64,000 bases of DNA from Deltaproteobacteria bacterium (GTDB lineage Bacteria; SAR324; NAC60-12), in the NCBI GenBank assembly GCA_038150265.1, contig JAYOTF010000007.1, positions 36,700 through 100,699 on the forward strand, written 5' to 3'. The notes beneath the pieces were generated by a model, which had not been told where the DNA came from, made no database searches, and saw only the letters and a program-made list of their open reading frames with translations. Below are positions 20,618 to 31,066 of this stretch, in pieces (the first letter of the stretch is position 1; each line of letters starts with the position of its first letter). Made by a program: the position numbers and the translations under genes.

Positions 20618-21628
20618 ATGAGTGTCGGGAAGTTAACAGGACCCAAAAAAGCCGCTATTTTGCTCCTTGCCCTCGGAGAAGAGGGCGCCTCGGAGGTGAT
20701 GAAGAACCTGGACGAGTCTGAAATTCAGCAGGTGGGCTACTACATGACCCGCTTTTCTGACATCGAGCCCGAGGAGCTGGACATCGTTCTGGAGGAGTTC
20801 TACCGCAACTCCGTCTTGCAGGAGGAGGGCGTCAACGTCAATGCGAACCCGGACTTTGTCCGGAACGCCCTGGTGCAGGCGTTGGGGGCTGACAAGGCCA
20901 AGGAACTGGAAGGCAACCTGCGGTCTGGAAACGAAGAGGGGGGACTGGACGCGCTGCGTTACGTTGACCCGGTCATGATCTCCAACTACGTCCGGGGCGA
21001 ACACCCGCAGACGATTGCCCTGATCATCTCGTACCTCACCAATGTGGATCAGGCCGCCACGGTGCTGCGGTCCCTTCCGGAAAACGTTCAGGCAGATGTG
21101 ATGTACCGCATGGCCGTCATCGACACCATTCCCCCCGGGGTGGTGTCGGAAATGAATGAAGTCCTTTATGAAGAAATGAAAGCGGTAGGCAGCATGGTAA
21201 CCAAGGTTGGAGGCGTGGCCCCAGTGGCTGAAATCCTCAACGCAGTGGACAAGGCGACCGAAACCCGGATCCTGGCGACCATTGAAGAGTCCAACCCGGA
21301 GCTGGCAGAATCGATCCGGGAGCTGATGTTCACATTCGAAGACCTCAGCTTGATTGATTCGAAGCAGATGCAGACGGTGCTCAAGGATGTCGATCAGGCC
21401 GACATGGTGCTGGCCCTCAAGACGGCAAGCGATTCCGTCCGGGAGTTGATCTTCAGCTCCATGTCCTCGCGTGCGGCCGAGATGGTCCGGGATGACCTGG
21501 AAAACCTGGGGCCGGTCAAGGTCTCAGACGTGGAGGCCGCCCAGCAGAAGATCATCAAGGTCGTCAAGAAGCTTGAGGAGGAAGGCAAAATTGTCATCGC
21601 TGGTGGCGGTGGCTCTGAAGTCGTCTGA
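20618..21628 (+). CDS. fliG: Flagellar motor switch protein FliG
   Basis: KKAAILLLALG, EHPQTIALI, MFTFEDL, MSSRAA, VEAAQQKI. Confidence 0.95.
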   Translation: MSVGKLTGPKKAAILLLALGEEGASEVMKNLDESEIQQVGYYMTRFSDIEPEELDIVLEEFYRNSVLQEEGVNVNANPDFVRNALVQALGADKAKELEGNLRSGNEEGGLDALRYVDPVMISNYVRGEHPQTIALIISYLTNVDQAATVLRSLPENVQADVMYRMAVIDTIPPGVVSEMNEVLYEEMKAVGSMVTKVGGVAPVAEILNAVDKATETRILATIEESNPELAESIRELMFTFEDLSLIDSKQMQTVLKDVDQADMVLALKTASDSVRELIFSSMSSRAAEMVRDDLENLGPVKVSDVEAAQQKIIKVVKKLEEEGKIVIAGGGGSEVV

Positions 21629-21685
21629 TCCTTCCTTTCCACCCCAGGGACCTGGGTCCCTCCCTTTGCTCGCTCCAAGCCCCAC

Positions 21686-22549
21686 ATGCTCATGCGAACC
21701 TTTCTGGACAAAATGCGCGACCTCAAGTTGGAAGAGGTTGCAGCCCGCAGTCAAACGCTTCCGGAGTCTGAGCTCCGGGCTCGGCTTGCGGATCTTCCGC
21801 CTCGGGCCCCCTTTGCCCCGGCCCTGCAGCGGGGTCCGGGACAGCGCATCTCCTTGATCACCGAGGTCAAGGCCAGGGCGCCGGGACGAGAAAATGTTGC
21901 CTCTCTCGATTTGGGAGCCGTCCTCCGCGATTATGAAGCCGGAGGCGCGCAGGCGGTTTCGGTTCTGACCGATGGGCACTACTTTGGCGGAGCACTGGAG
22001 ACGCTCGAACAGGCGGCGCAAGAGACGGCCCTGCCGCTTTTGCACAAGGAGTTCATTGTTCACCCCTACCAGTTGCTGGAAGGACGGGTCCGGGGCGCCA
22101 GTGCTGCTCTGATTCTGGCGTACTACTTCAGTGCTTCCGAGCTTCAGGAGATCGTGGCTCAGGCAGAAGCGTGGGGCCTGGACGCGGTGGTGGAGTGCTC
22201 GCTGGAAGAAGAACTCCCCCGGACGCTGGAAGCGAACCCCCGGATCCTGATGATCAACAACCGTCCCATCGCATCGCTTCCGGAAAATCCCAAACAGACC
22301 TACCACCTTGGCTCGGTGGAGGTGACTCCTACCTGGTGGAAGCAGTTTCCCGAGCTTCGGGCATGGAAGTCGCAACCCTCTGTCACTTTGGTTAGTGCCA
22401 GTTGCATTGGGGCTGCGGCAGACCTTCAACTGCTGGAGTCCATCCCCTGTGACGCGGCTCTCATTGGCAATTCGGTGATGAGCGCTCCCAACCGGGTTCA
22501 GTTCCTTCAGGCCCTCCGCAACGGGGCACCAACCACCCGTGCTTCCTGA
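21686..22549 (+). CDS. Indole-3-glycerol-phosphate synthase-like protein (divergent TrpC homologue)
   Basis: LITEVK, AVSVLTD..YFGG, LHKEFI..PYQ, INNR; the ESG motif is replaced by ASC. Confidence 0.75.
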   Translation: MLMRTFLDKMRDLKLEEVAARSQTLPESELRARLADLPPRAPFAPALQRGPGQRISLITEVKARAPGRENVASLDLGAVLRDYEAGGAQAVSVLTDGHYFGGALETLEQAAQETALPLLHKEFIVHPYQLLEGRVRGASAALILAYYFSASELQEIVAQAEAWGLDAVVECSLEEELPRTLEANPRILMINNRPIASLPENPKQTYHLGSVEVTPTWWKQFPELRAWKSQPSVTLVSASCIGAAADLQLLESIPCDAALIGNSVMSAPNRVQFLQALRNGAPTTRAS

Positions 22550-22585
22550 TCCTTTTGTTCTTTTCTTTCAAGCGGTTGGTCCTTC

Positions 22586-23038
22586 ATGAGCCTCAATTCT
22601 CCTTCCACGTTGAACATCCTGGTGGTCGATGATGATGAAAACATTCGAATGGTCCTGCAGCGGGCCTTGACGAAACTCGGATACCACGTCAGCACGGCCC
22701 GGAGTGCCGAAGAAGCCCTGAATACCCTCCAGCGCAGCTTTTTCCATGTGGTGATTACTGACCTGATGATGGAGGAAATGACCGGGGTGGAGCTGATGCA
22801 GCAGATCAAGGAGATGAACTCGTTGATGCAGATCTACGTCATGACCGCACATTCCACGCTTCCCAGCGTCATCCAGTGCATGCGCGGAGGAGCGTATGAC
22901 TACTTCGAAAAGCCGCTGCAGATTGAAGATGTGGCGAAGTCGTTGGGAGAGGCCGCCCGCCGGGCAGAGCGCTGGAGCTCGCTCTACAAGCGGTATGCGT
23001 CGAAGCTGCCGACCGCTGAGGCTGATTCCGAGGGGTAA
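22586..23038 (+). CDS. Single-domain response regulator
   Basis: ILVVDDD, ITDLMM, MTAH, YFEKP. Confidence 0.9.
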   Translation: MSLNSPSTLNILVVDDDENIRMVLQRALTKLGYHVSTARSAEEALNTLQRSFFHVVITDLMMEEMTGVELMQQIKEMNSLMQIYVMTAHSTLPSVIQCMRGGAYDYFEKPLQIEDVAKSLGEAARRAERWSSLYKRYASKLPTAEADSEG

Positions 23039-24088
23039 CTAGTAGGTGCGGCGGACCACGTAGTCCGCAAGGTTGGCCAGGGTCTGCCGGGTTCCGGAGT
23101 CGGGAAGGTGGGAAAGCTGCTCCTGCGCCTCCTGAACATACTGGCGTGCGGCTTCCAGCGTGTGCCGGATGGAGCCCAGGTCCCGCATCATCGCAGCGAC
23201 CTCTGCAATTTCCTCCGGACCAATCTGTTCCAGCGCCAGGATGGCTTCCACCCGCTGCTGTTGCTGAGGGGCGCTGTGTTCCAGCAGGTGACTGAGGGGC
23301 AGGGTGATCTTGCGCTCCTGGAGGTCGGTGCCAATGGCCTTGCCGATGTTCAGCTCCTCCGAATAATCCAACGCGTCATCGACCATCTGAAAGGCCATCC
23401 CCAGCTTGATTCCGTACTCGTGCAGAGCAGCGGCCTGTGGGGCAGAGGCGCCATTGAGCAAGGCGCCCATGCGGGTGGCAGCGCCAAACAGGCTCGCCGT
23501 CTTGTAGTGGATGATCTGCAGGTACTGGTTCAGGTCCCGTTGCTGGTAATCGCGGGTAAGCTGCAGAAGCTCGCCTCGGGCCATCAGCGTGGTGGTTTCC
23601 GACATCAGCTGCAGGACTTCGGTGTTGCGCAGGCGGGTGAGCATCCGAAACGCCAGGGCCAGCAGGTAGTCTCCCACCAGCACACTCGCTTCATTTCCCC
23701 AAATCGTCCGGGCAGCCTGCCGAGAGCGACGGGTGTCTGCGCCATCCACCACGTCATCGTGCAGCAGGGTGGCCGTGTGCAGAAATTCCACGACCTGTGC
23801 CGCCTGGCGGATCCGCTCATCAACTTCCCCAAAACCTCGTGCGCCCAGCAGCACCAACGCGGGCCGAAGCCGCTTGCCTCCGGACTGCAAGATGTGCTCG
23901 GCGACCTTCGTCAGGAGCGGCAGGTCCGTCTGGGCATTTTCCAGAATGAGGGCCTCAAGGTTCTTCAGCTCTGCTTCCACGGTGCCAAAAAGCGCCTCTG
24001 CTGAAGGGGCAGGAGGAGGGGGAGTCGCTTGAGTTCGAGAGGACACCGTAGGCGACTCAGCAGAGGACGGAGATGGAGGAGAAAGCAA
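23039..24088 (-). CDS. ispB: Polyprenyl diphosphate synthase (IspB-like)
   Basis: GGKRLRP, LHDDVVD, FQMVDDALD; start codon uncertain. Confidence 0.88.
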   Translation of the reverse strand: MLSPPSPSSAESPTVSSRTQATPPPPAPSAEALFGTVEAELKNLEALILENAQTDLPLLTKVAEHILQSGGKRLRPALVLLGARGFGEVDERIRQAAQVVEFLHTATLLHDDVVDGADTRRSRQAARTIWGNEASVLVGDYLLALAFRMLTRLRNTEVLQLMSETTTLMARGELLQLTRDYQQRDLNQYLQIIHYKTASLFGAATRMGALLNGASAPQAAALHEYGIKLGMAFQMVDDALDYSEELNIGKAIGTDLQERKITLPLSHLLEHSAPQQQQRVEAILALEQIGPEEIAEVAAMMRDLGSIRHTLEAARQYVQEAQEQLSHLPDSGTRQTLANLADYVVRRTY

Positions 24089-24214
24089 TCGAATGCCTGC
24101 AACAAGTGGGATCAGTCTTGAATAACACCTGGTAACACTGGCAGAATCCTAACAGATCAACTGGGTAGCGCCAAGCTTTTCATCGGAACCGAACAGGTCC
24201 GAAAACTCCTTATC

Positions 24215-25972
24215 ATGACGGGGCGGTTCATGACTTCCTATCACCCTGCAGTTGAGCACCTTCAGGAATCCGGACACATCTCGGTGGCCCAGTTGAAGCC
24301 ACTGCACGAGCAACTGGTCGCCTACCGGCAGCGTCCGGATGCCCTCAAGGAGGTGCTGCTCAAGCACAAGGTCGTCTCGGAAGAAGACTTCCAGCAGGCG
24401 CTGGCCTCCTACTACAACCTCGAATTCCGGGCCTCGCTGGAAGACGTGCCCATTGACCCGGAGCTCTCCCGGCGCATCCCCATCCGCTACGCCAAGCGAT
24501 TCAACTGCATGCCCATGCGTCAGCAGAACGAGGTGCTTGAGGTGGTGACCGATGATCCGCGACGCCTGGAGGCCCTGGAGGAGCTTTCCCGAGAGTTCGG
24601 GTGTGCCGTTCAGCCGGTGCTGGCCGCTCGGCAGGTGGTGCTGGACTTCATCAACCGCTCCTATGATCAGGCGACGGGATTCAGCGAAGAGGCCGTGGGG
24701 GACCTGGATGCCGAGGAGCGCATTGAAGGCATCTCCGGACTGGAGGAGCCGGAAGACCTGCTGGATGCAACGGATGAGGAGCCCGTCAAGCGCCTCGTCA
24801 ACTCGCTCCTCTGGCAGGCCGTCCGAGATGGTGTCAGTGACGTCCACGTGGACCCGACCCCGAAGGAAACCCAGATCCGCTACCGCATTGATGGGGTCTT
24901 GCACGCTGTGACGGTGGTGCCTCGCGCGGCACACATCACCGTGGTGAACCGGATCAAGGTCATGTCCCGGCTCGATATTGCGCAAAAGGGCATTCCTCAA
25001 GACGGGCAGACGATGATCGTCATTGCCGGAAAGAAGATCGACATCCGGGTTTCCACCGTGCCAACGGTGTATGGCGAGAAGGTGGTGATGCGTCTGCTGC
25101 AACGCAGTGAGAAGCTCCTGAGCCTTCCGGAACTCGGCATGTCGAAGCGTCTGCTGGAGCCCTACCGGAAGATGGTCCACGCCAGCGGCGGCATTGTCCT
25201 GGTCACGGGGCCCACCGGAAGCGGTAAGACGACCACGCTCTACGCGTCCCTTTCGGAAATCGACCACACTGCCCGCAACGTCATTACCATTGAGGAGCCG
25301 GTGGAGTACAAGATGCCGGGGTACAGCCAGATTGAGGTCAACCCCCGGATCGGCCTCTCCTTTGCGAGTGCGCTCCGCTCCGTACTCCGGCAGGATCCGG
25401 ATGTGGTGATGGTTGGCGAGATGCGCGACACGGAAACCGCGCAGATTGCCATTCAGGCCGCCCTGACGGGGCACCTGGTCTTCAGCACGGTTCACACCAA
25501 TAACGCGCCAGCGACGATCACCCGACTCATTGACATGGGCATTGAGCCCTTCCTCGTCTCGTCCACCATCATCGGTGTGCTCGCTCAGCGCCTGGTCCGG
25601 CGCATCTGTCCCGATTGCAAGGAGGCCTACGAGCCGCATCCGGAGCAACTGCGCGAGTTGCGCATTCCCCCCAAGGTGCTGGAGAAGTCCGGAGGCGTCC
25701 TCTACCGTGGCAAGGGCTGTGACGCCTGCCGCCAGACGGGGTACCGGGGCCGCATCGGCATCCATGAGCTGCTGCCGATGACTGAGACGGTCAAGCAGGT
25801 CATCCTCAACACCAACGACTCCAACAGCATCCGGCGCCAGGCCATCAAGGAAAACATGATCACCCTCCGACGCGACGGCATCTACAAGGTCCTCCTGGGG
25901 GTCACCACCGCAGAAGAAGTGCTCGCCATCACCACTGAAGAGGCAGCGGTTTCGCTCCCTGAACCTTCCTGA
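24215..25972 (+). CDS. gspE: Type II secretion / type IV pilus assembly ATPase
   Basis: GPTGSGKTT, LRQDPDVVMVGEMRD, TGHLVFSTVH, CPDC...CDAC. Confidence 0.88.
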   Translation: MTGRFMTSYHPAVEHLQESGHISVAQLKPLHEQLVAYRQRPDALKEVLLKHKVVSEEDFQQALASYYNLEFRASLEDVPIDPELSRRIPIRYAKRFNCMPMRQQNEVLEVVTDDPRRLEALEELSREFGCAVQPVLAARQVVLDFINRSYDQATGFSEEAVGDLDAEERIEGISGLEEPEDLLDATDEEPVKRLVNSLLWQAVRDGVSDVHVDPTPKETQIRYRIDGVLHAVTVVPRAAHITVVNRIKVMSRLDIAQKGIPQDGQTMIVIAGKKIDIRVSTVPTVYGEKVVMRLLQRSEKLLSLPELGMSKRLLEPYRKMVHASGGIVLVTGPTGSGKTTTLYASLSEIDHTARNVITIEEPVEYKMPGYSQIEVNPRIGLSFASALRSVLRQDPDVVMVGEMRDTETAQIAIQAALTGHLVFSTVHTNNAPATITRLIDMGIEPFLVSSTIIGVLAQRLVRRICPDCKEAYEPHPEQLRELRIPPKVLEKSGGVLYRGKGCDACRQTGYRGRIGIHELLPMTETVKQVILNTNDSNSIRRQAIKENMITLRRDGIYKVLLGVTTAEEVLAITTEEAAVSLPEPS

Positions 25973-25985
25973 TTACTCGCCCGAC

Positions 25986-27908
25986 GTGCCCCATCACCTT
26001 GTCATTGGAACCAGTGGTCACATCGACCATGGCAAAACCACCCTCGTCAAAGCCCTCACCGGGGTGGATGCCGACCGCTTTGAAGAAGAGAAACGCCGGG
26101 GCATCACCATCGACCTGGGTTTTGCGCACACCACCGATGCCCACGGCAACACGCTGGCGCTGGTGGACGTGCCCGGACACGAGCGGTTTGTCCACAACAT
26201 GCTGGCGGGAGTGTCGGGACTCGATGCCGTGATGCTGGTGGTGGCTGCCGATGAAGGCGTGATGCCGCAAACCCGCGAACACCTGGCCATTTGTGACCTC
26301 CTTGGCGTGAAGCAGGGGGTGATCGTCCTCACCCGGATGGACCGCCTGGATGACCCGGAACTGGCAGAGCTGTGTGCCGAAGAAGTTCGGGAGCTGGCGC
26401 AGGGGACCTTTCTGGAGGAAGCCCCGGTGCTGTCGGTGTCTTCCGTGACAGGTGAGGGCATTCCCGAGCTGCGGGAAGCCTTGCTGCAGCTGAACCCCCG
26501 GGCCCTGGCCGAAGCGCAGGAGCGTCCGTTCCGGCTCGCGGTGGACCGCTCCTTTTCCGTGAAGGGATTTGGCACCGTGGTGACCGGCACCGTCTGGTCC
26601 GGACAGGCTCGGCTGGAAGAAACGCTGGTGCAGTACCCGCAGGGAAATCGGGTCCGGATCCGAGGGCTGCAGTCGCATGGCGCTCAGCAGCAGCAGGTCG
26701 TGGCTGGGCAGCGGGCGGCGATCAATCTGGGAGGCGTGCACCACGAGGCCATTCACCGAGGAGACCAGCTGGCGCCTCCGGAATCGCTGCTGACGAGCTT
26801 CATGCTGAACGTTGAGCTGCGGTTGCTTGCCGAGGCTCCGGCGGCCTTGGAGCAGCGCCAGCGGGTTCGGGTGCACCTGGGCACTCAGGAATTGCTGGGT
26901 CGGCTCATTTTGCTGGAAGGCGACACGCTGCTTCCGGGGGCCACTCGCCTGTGCCAGCTCCGTTTGGAGCAGCCCACCAGCACACGGTTTGGAGACCGCT
27001 TCATCATCCGGAGCTACTCCCCCAGCTACACCCTGGGTGGGGGACAGGTGCTGGATCCGGCGCCCGTGAAGTCCCGGCGGGTGATGCACGAGCTGGCGCA
27101 GCGCCTGCGCGTGCTGCAGGGTCCGGATGAAGCTGGGCGTGTGGAAGAAACAGTGTACCTGCAGGCCCTCCGGGGCGTCCGTCAGGAAGAGCTGGCAGTG
27201 CGATCCGGACTCTCGGGGAAGCGGGCCGAGAAGGTGCTGCAGACCCTGCAGAGCAAGCAACGGGTCCTCTGTCTGGATGCCCATGAACGCCGGTGGTGGC
27301 ACGTCGATCACCTCCGGCGCCTTGGGCAGTACGTCAAGCGCCTGGTCCAGACCCACCATGAGCGCTTTCCAGACCGAGAGGGCATCACCCGTTCCGAGCT
27401 GGCCGGCAAGCTGGCCCCGGTGTTTCCTCAGGAAACGCAGGTGGAGGCCCTGCTGAAGGTGCTGGTGCGCGAAGAGGTGCTGGTGCGGCGCGAGCAGGCC
27501 TTTGCAGACCCGGAGCATCAGCCGGAGGTTGCCGAGTCGCAGACCGAGCTGCTGGAACGCTGCCTGGCCCTCTTGCACGAAGGAGGGGCGCAGCCGATGC
27601 GGCAGAGTCACCTGCTGGAACAGCTTGGGCTTGAGGAAAAAGCAGGACTGGCGCTGCTCAAGTCGGCGGCTCACCACAAGCACCTGATCCGGGTGGCAGA
27701 AGACCTCTTCTACCCTCCGGACACGCTGAAGGCCCTGGAAGGACAAATGCGGGGGCATTTTCAGCAACAGGAGACCCTGAGCGTCATTGAATTCAAAGAA
27801 ATGACCGGGATTTCTCGAAAGCATGCGGTAGAGTTGCTAGAATACTGGGATCGTCAACGCCTGACGATCCGACGCGAAAATCATCGCGTTGCAGGATCGC
27901 TGGACTAA
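25986..27908 (+). CDS. selB: Selenocysteine-specific elongation factor SelB
   Basis: [27 protein letters not shown]-terminal winged helices ending [15 protein letters not shown]. Confidence 0.95.
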   Translation: MPHHLVIGTSGHIDHGKTTLVKALTGVDADRFEEEKRRGITIDLGFAHTTDAHGNTLALVDVPGHERFVHNMLAGVSGLDAVMLVVAADEGVMPQTREHLAICDLLGVKQGVIVLTRMDRLDDPELAELCAEEVRELAQGTFLEEAPVLSVSSVTGEGIPELREALLQLNPRALAEAQERPFRLAVDRSFSVKGFGTVVTGTVWSGQARLEETLVQYPQGNRVRIRGLQSHGAQQQQVVAGQRAAINLGGVHHEAIHRGDQLAPPESLLTSFMLNVELRLLAEAPAALEQRQRVRVHLGTQELLGRLILLEGDTLLPGATRLCQLRLEQPTSTRFGDRFIIRSYSPSYTLGGGQVLDPAPVKSRRVMHELAQRLRVLQGPDEAGRVEETVYLQALRGVRQEELAVRSGLSGKRAEKVLQTLQSKQRVLCLDAHERRWWHVDHLRRLGQYVKRLVQTHHERFPDREGITRSELAGKLAPVFPQETQVEALLKVLVREEVLVRREQAFADPEHQPEVAESQTELLERCLALLHEGGAQPMRQSHLLEQLGLEEKAGLALLKSAAHHKHLIRVAEDLFYPPDTLKALEGQMRGHFQQQETLSVIEFKEMTGISRKHAVELLEYWDRQRLTIRRENHRVAGSLD

Positions 27909-27929
27909 CGTTTCTGTTCTCAAGGAGTC

Positions 27930-28082
27930 ATGAAATTTCTTGCCCCTCAGTCTCGATTTGTCCTCAAGACCTTCTTCAAGCGAAACTACGACGCCCTCTC
28001 CGATGCGGCTCAGACCAATACCAACCGGGCCATGCTGGCTGTGGATGGGGTGCTGGCCTACGTCCTCCTCTCCCTTCTCTAA
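27930..28082 (+). CDS. Small protein (50 aa) with hydrophobic C-terminus, absent from the ORF track
   Basis: AAGGAG RBS; MKFLAPQSRFVLKTFFKRNYDALSDAAQTNTNRAMLAVDGVLAYVLLSLL; fills the gap between selB and the next gene. Confidence 0.6.
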   Translation: MKFLAPQSRFVLKTFFKRNYDALSDAAQTNTNRAMLAVDGVLAYVLLSLL

Positions 28083-28091
28083 CACGACCAC

Positions 28092-30203
28092 ATGCGCGTT
28101 TTTCTGCTCCTCCTCTCCTTGCCGTGGGCGGGGAGCGTGTGGGCTCAGAGCCTGATTCAGGACCCCCAGTGGCTTCAGGACCAGCTTCCGGAGGTGACTC
28201 CGACCGAGGTGGTGCTTCAGCTTCCGGCTCGTCCGGTGCCGTCCAATCGGCTCAGCAGTCGGCTGGAGGAGTTTCTGGTGGAGCAGCCCACCCTTGCCCA
28301 GGAGCTGTTGCAGGCCACAGCCACCGATCCGGAGCGGGCCTGGCAGGAGTATCAGGAGGTGCAGTCGCAGCTGGGACGCCCAGAAGCCCTTGGGCTGGCT
28401 GCACAGATCCAGCTCAGCCGCGAACAGTGGGACGCCGCTGCCGTTGCTGCGCGGGACTTCCTGGAACGCTTTCCGGAGCACTCGAGTGCCGCGTCTGTTT
28501 ACTGGATCCTCAACCGTGCCCGGCTTGAACGTCAGGAAGCCCTGGATGCGAGCCCCTACTGGCTGGAGCGGGCGGTTCGGGAACTGCCGGTCCAGCCACG
28601 CCTGGAGCTGTGGGCGATGCTGGCGCGTCAGTCTCGGCAGCAGGGGCGGCTTCTGGAGGCGCTCGAGTACGACCTAAGGGCGTTGCAGGATCCGGGGCAG
28701 CCGGATCCGGAGGCCTTTGCCGAGGCCATTTTTGAGCAGATGCAGGAGCTGAGCAGCACCGCAGAGCTCAACGAGCTGGCCGATGCGCATCCGGATCTGG
28801 TGATTCTGCGGCAGAAGCTTCCGGAGATCTACATCAAGCTGCTGATGCGGCAAGGGGAATACGGGCGTGCAGCGCTGCTGGTCAACCAGTTGCTTCCGCG
28901 TTTGCAGCAGTCCAATCTGCCGGAGCAGGTGGCGGCCCTGCGCTTTTTGCAGCGTCGCATTCAGGCCGCTCAGCAGATGCAGCCTCAGCGCATTGGGGTG
29001 ATTTTGCCGATGACCAGCAACAGCGCCCTGGTGTCTCGGCTCACGCAGCAGACGCTGACTGGGCTCCGGCTGGCCCTCCGGGAAACTCCGGAGCCGCGTG
29101 CTGATCAGGCGACCGCGATTCCCCCGGTGGTTCCGGAAGGGACGCCGTCTTCCGTGTTTCCCTTCTCCAGTGCGCCTCCGCTGCAGGAACCGCAGTGGGA
29201 GCTGGTCATCCGGGACTCGGGGCTGAGTCCGGAGCAGACCCGGCGCGTTTTTGCGGAACTGGTGGAGGAAGAGCACGTTTCCGCGGTGATTGGTCCACTG
29301 ACGCGCCGGACCTCCGAAGCTGCAGCCGAGGAGGCCCAACGTTGGCAGGTGCCGCTCATTTCGCTTTCCCTGACCTCCAGCATTGCGGAGCTGGGTGACT
29401 TTGTCTTCCGGAACAACCTGAGCTGGGAGCAGGAAATCCGGGACCTCCTGCGCTACGCGTGGGACTACCAGCAGGTCCGCCGGGTTGCGATGTTCTACAC
29501 GGACGAGCGGGAAGGTCGGGAGAAGGCCCGTTTGTTTTTGCAAGAGGCTGAGCGCATTGGACTCGACGTGGTGGCCGTGGAGCAGTACCGCTCACAGGAA
29601 GCGAGCTACGTTCATGAGTTTGAGGCGGTGACGGGGATGCTGACGGCGACCTCGGAGCGCGATGAGCAGGCACTGAAGGAGCTACAGGAGAAGCGAGAGC
29701 CGCACCTGAACCTGGATGCGGTCTTTGTTGCTGCCGGAAGCCGGGGGCTGGCTGACCTGAAGGTGCTGCTGCCGTACATCTCGGTTTATGAGATGGATCG
29801 CCTGCTGGTGCTGGGGGACAGTGGGTGGAGCAACCAGGCCCTGCTGTTTGCGCAGGGGCGGGAGCGGCTTCGGCGCCTGGCGCTTGTGGACAGCTTCTTT
29901 GCCCAGAGTCCACAGCCGCAGGTGCAGGCCTTTGTGGAGGCACATGAGCGCATGATGCTGAGCGCGCCCAGCTACCAGGGCCCCACCGACTACGTGGCCT
30001 ATGCGTATGACACCCTGATGCTCCTGAAGCAGCTGCTCCGGAACCCCCGGAACCACTCTCACCGGGAACTCCGGGATGCCCTCTTGCAGCTCAAGGGCTT
30101 TCAGGGAGCCACTGGGCGGATTCACTTTGACGAAACCGGCGAGATTCAGCGCGAGATGCAGCTGCTCACCATCCGGAACGGACGCTTCACGCCCATTCCC
30201 TGA
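28092..30203 (+). CDS. LpoA/LppC-like penicillin-binding-protein activator (TPR plus type 1 periplasmic binding fold)
   Basis: Signal peptide, helical repeats, RIGVILP, VIGPL, AYAYD, FQGATGRIHFDETG. Confidence 0.75.
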   Translation: MRVFLLLLSLPWAGSVWAQSLIQDPQWLQDQLPEVTPTEVVLQLPARPVPSNRLSSRLEEFLVEQPTLAQELLQATATDPERAWQEYQEVQSQLGRPEALGLAAQIQLSREQWDAAAVAARDFLERFPEHSSAASVYWILNRARLERQEALDASPYWLERAVRELPVQPRLELWAMLARQSRQQGRLLEALEYDLRALQDPGQPDPEAFAEAIFEQMQELSSTAELNELADAHPDLVILRQKLPEIYIKLLMRQGEYGRAALLVNQLLPRLQQSNLPEQVAALRFLQRRIQAAQQMQPQRIGVILPMTSNSALVSRLTQQTLTGLRLALRETPEPRADQATAIPPVVPEGTPSSVFPFSSAPPLQEPQWELVIRDSGLSPEQTRRVFAELVEEEHVSAVIGPLTRRTSEAAAEEAQRWQVPLISLSLTSSIAELGDFVFRNNLSWEQEIRDLLRYAWDYQQVRRVAMFYTDEREGREKARLFLQEAERIGLDVVAVEQYRSQEASYVHEFEAVTGMLTATSERDEQALKELQEKREPHLNLDAVFVAAGSRGLADLKVLLPYISVYEMDRLLVLGDSGWSNQALLFAQGRERLRRLALVDSFFAQSPQPQVQAFVEAHERMMLSAPSYQGPTDYVAYAYDTLMLLKQLLRNPRNHSHRELRDALLQLKGFQGATGRIHFDETGEIQREMQLLTIRNGRFTPIP

Positions 30204-30686
30204 TCACACCGAAAGCTCGGCCTCTGCGACCACAATGCCGTCGGCATCGGCGTAGATCCAGTCGCCGGGGGACACCGGCACACCGGCCAGGGCCAGGTCG
30301 ATGTCTTCCTGACCACGGTCCAGCTTGATGCTCTTCCGAGGGTTGGTGCCCAGCGCCCACACGCCAATCGGCATGGCCGCAATGTCCTCACTGTCGCGGA
30401 TGCACCCCTGCACGATCACGCCGGCCCAGCCGTTTTCCACCCCAAGCTTTGCCAGGTTGTCCCCCAGGAGGGCACAGCGCATGGACCCTCCCCCATCGAC
30501 CACCAGCATGCGTCCCTGACCCGGCTGGCCGAGCAGCTTCCGGACAAAGGAGTTGTCTTCAAAAACACGGAGGGTCTTCACGGGGCCGTGGGCCCGGGTG
30601 TGCCCTCCGTAGCTCCGGAATCCGGGTTCAGCAACGCGCAGGTCTTCACCAAATTGATCATACAGGTCCGCTGTCTTCATGCTCAT
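30204..30686 (-). CDS. rraA: RraA / HMG aldolase family protein
   Basis: TADLYD, FEDNS, VVDGGGS..CALLGD, GCIRD, YADADG. Confidence 0.92.
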   Translation of the reverse strand: MSMKTADLYDQFGEDLRVAEPGFRSYGGHTRAHGPVKTLRVFEDNSFVRKLLGQPGQGRMLVVDGGGSMRCALLGDNLAKLGVENGWAGVIVQGCIRDSEDIAAMPIGVWALGTNPRKSIKLDRGQEDIDLALAGVPVSPGDWIYADADGIVVAEAELSV

Positions 30687-30731
30687 GGTTGGGGGCTTTC
30701 AAAAAGGTTGTCGGAGCCGTGCGGAAAGCAC

Positions 30732-30760
30732 TTGACTCCCTGGCGGGAGAAGTCTATTTT
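30732..30760 (+). promoter_or_regulatory. Sigma70-type promoter of rpsU
   Basis: TTGACT-N17-TATTTT. Confidence 0.55.
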
Positions 30761-30814
30761 AATTGATTTGCGTGGCAAAAAGCTACTTGAGATTCAACCC
30801 GAATAAGATCCTCC

Positions 30815-31033
30815 ATGCCGATTACCATTGAAGTCCGGGACGGAAACCTCTCCAAGTCGATGATGCAGCTCAAGCGAACCCTGATTCGAGAGGGGCTGTT
30901 CAAGGAAATCAAGAAGCGCAAGTTTTACGTGAAGCCGTCGGTGGCCAAGCGCCTCAAGCGGGAAAACGCGGAAAAGCAGCGCAACAAGGACATCAAGCGC
31001 GAGATTCGCGCGGCCCTGAAAGCGGACTTCTGA
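30815..31033 (+). CDS. rpsU: 30S ribosomal protein bS21
   Basis: Basic 72-aa protein, EGLFKEIKKRKFYVKPS. Confidence 0.88.
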   Translation: MPITIEVRDGNLSKSMMQLKRTLIREGLFKEIKKRKFYVKPSVAKRLKRENAEKQRNKDIKREIRAALKADF

Positions 31034-31041
31034 GACGGAGT

Positions 31042-31059
31042 GGGGGGAGCCTTCCCCCC
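31042..31059. terminator. Hairpin between convergent rpsU and the selenoprotein gene
   Basis: GGGGGGAG-CCT-TCCCCCC inverted repeat; no clear U-tract. Confidence 0.45.
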
Positions 31060-31066
31060 AGCCTGC

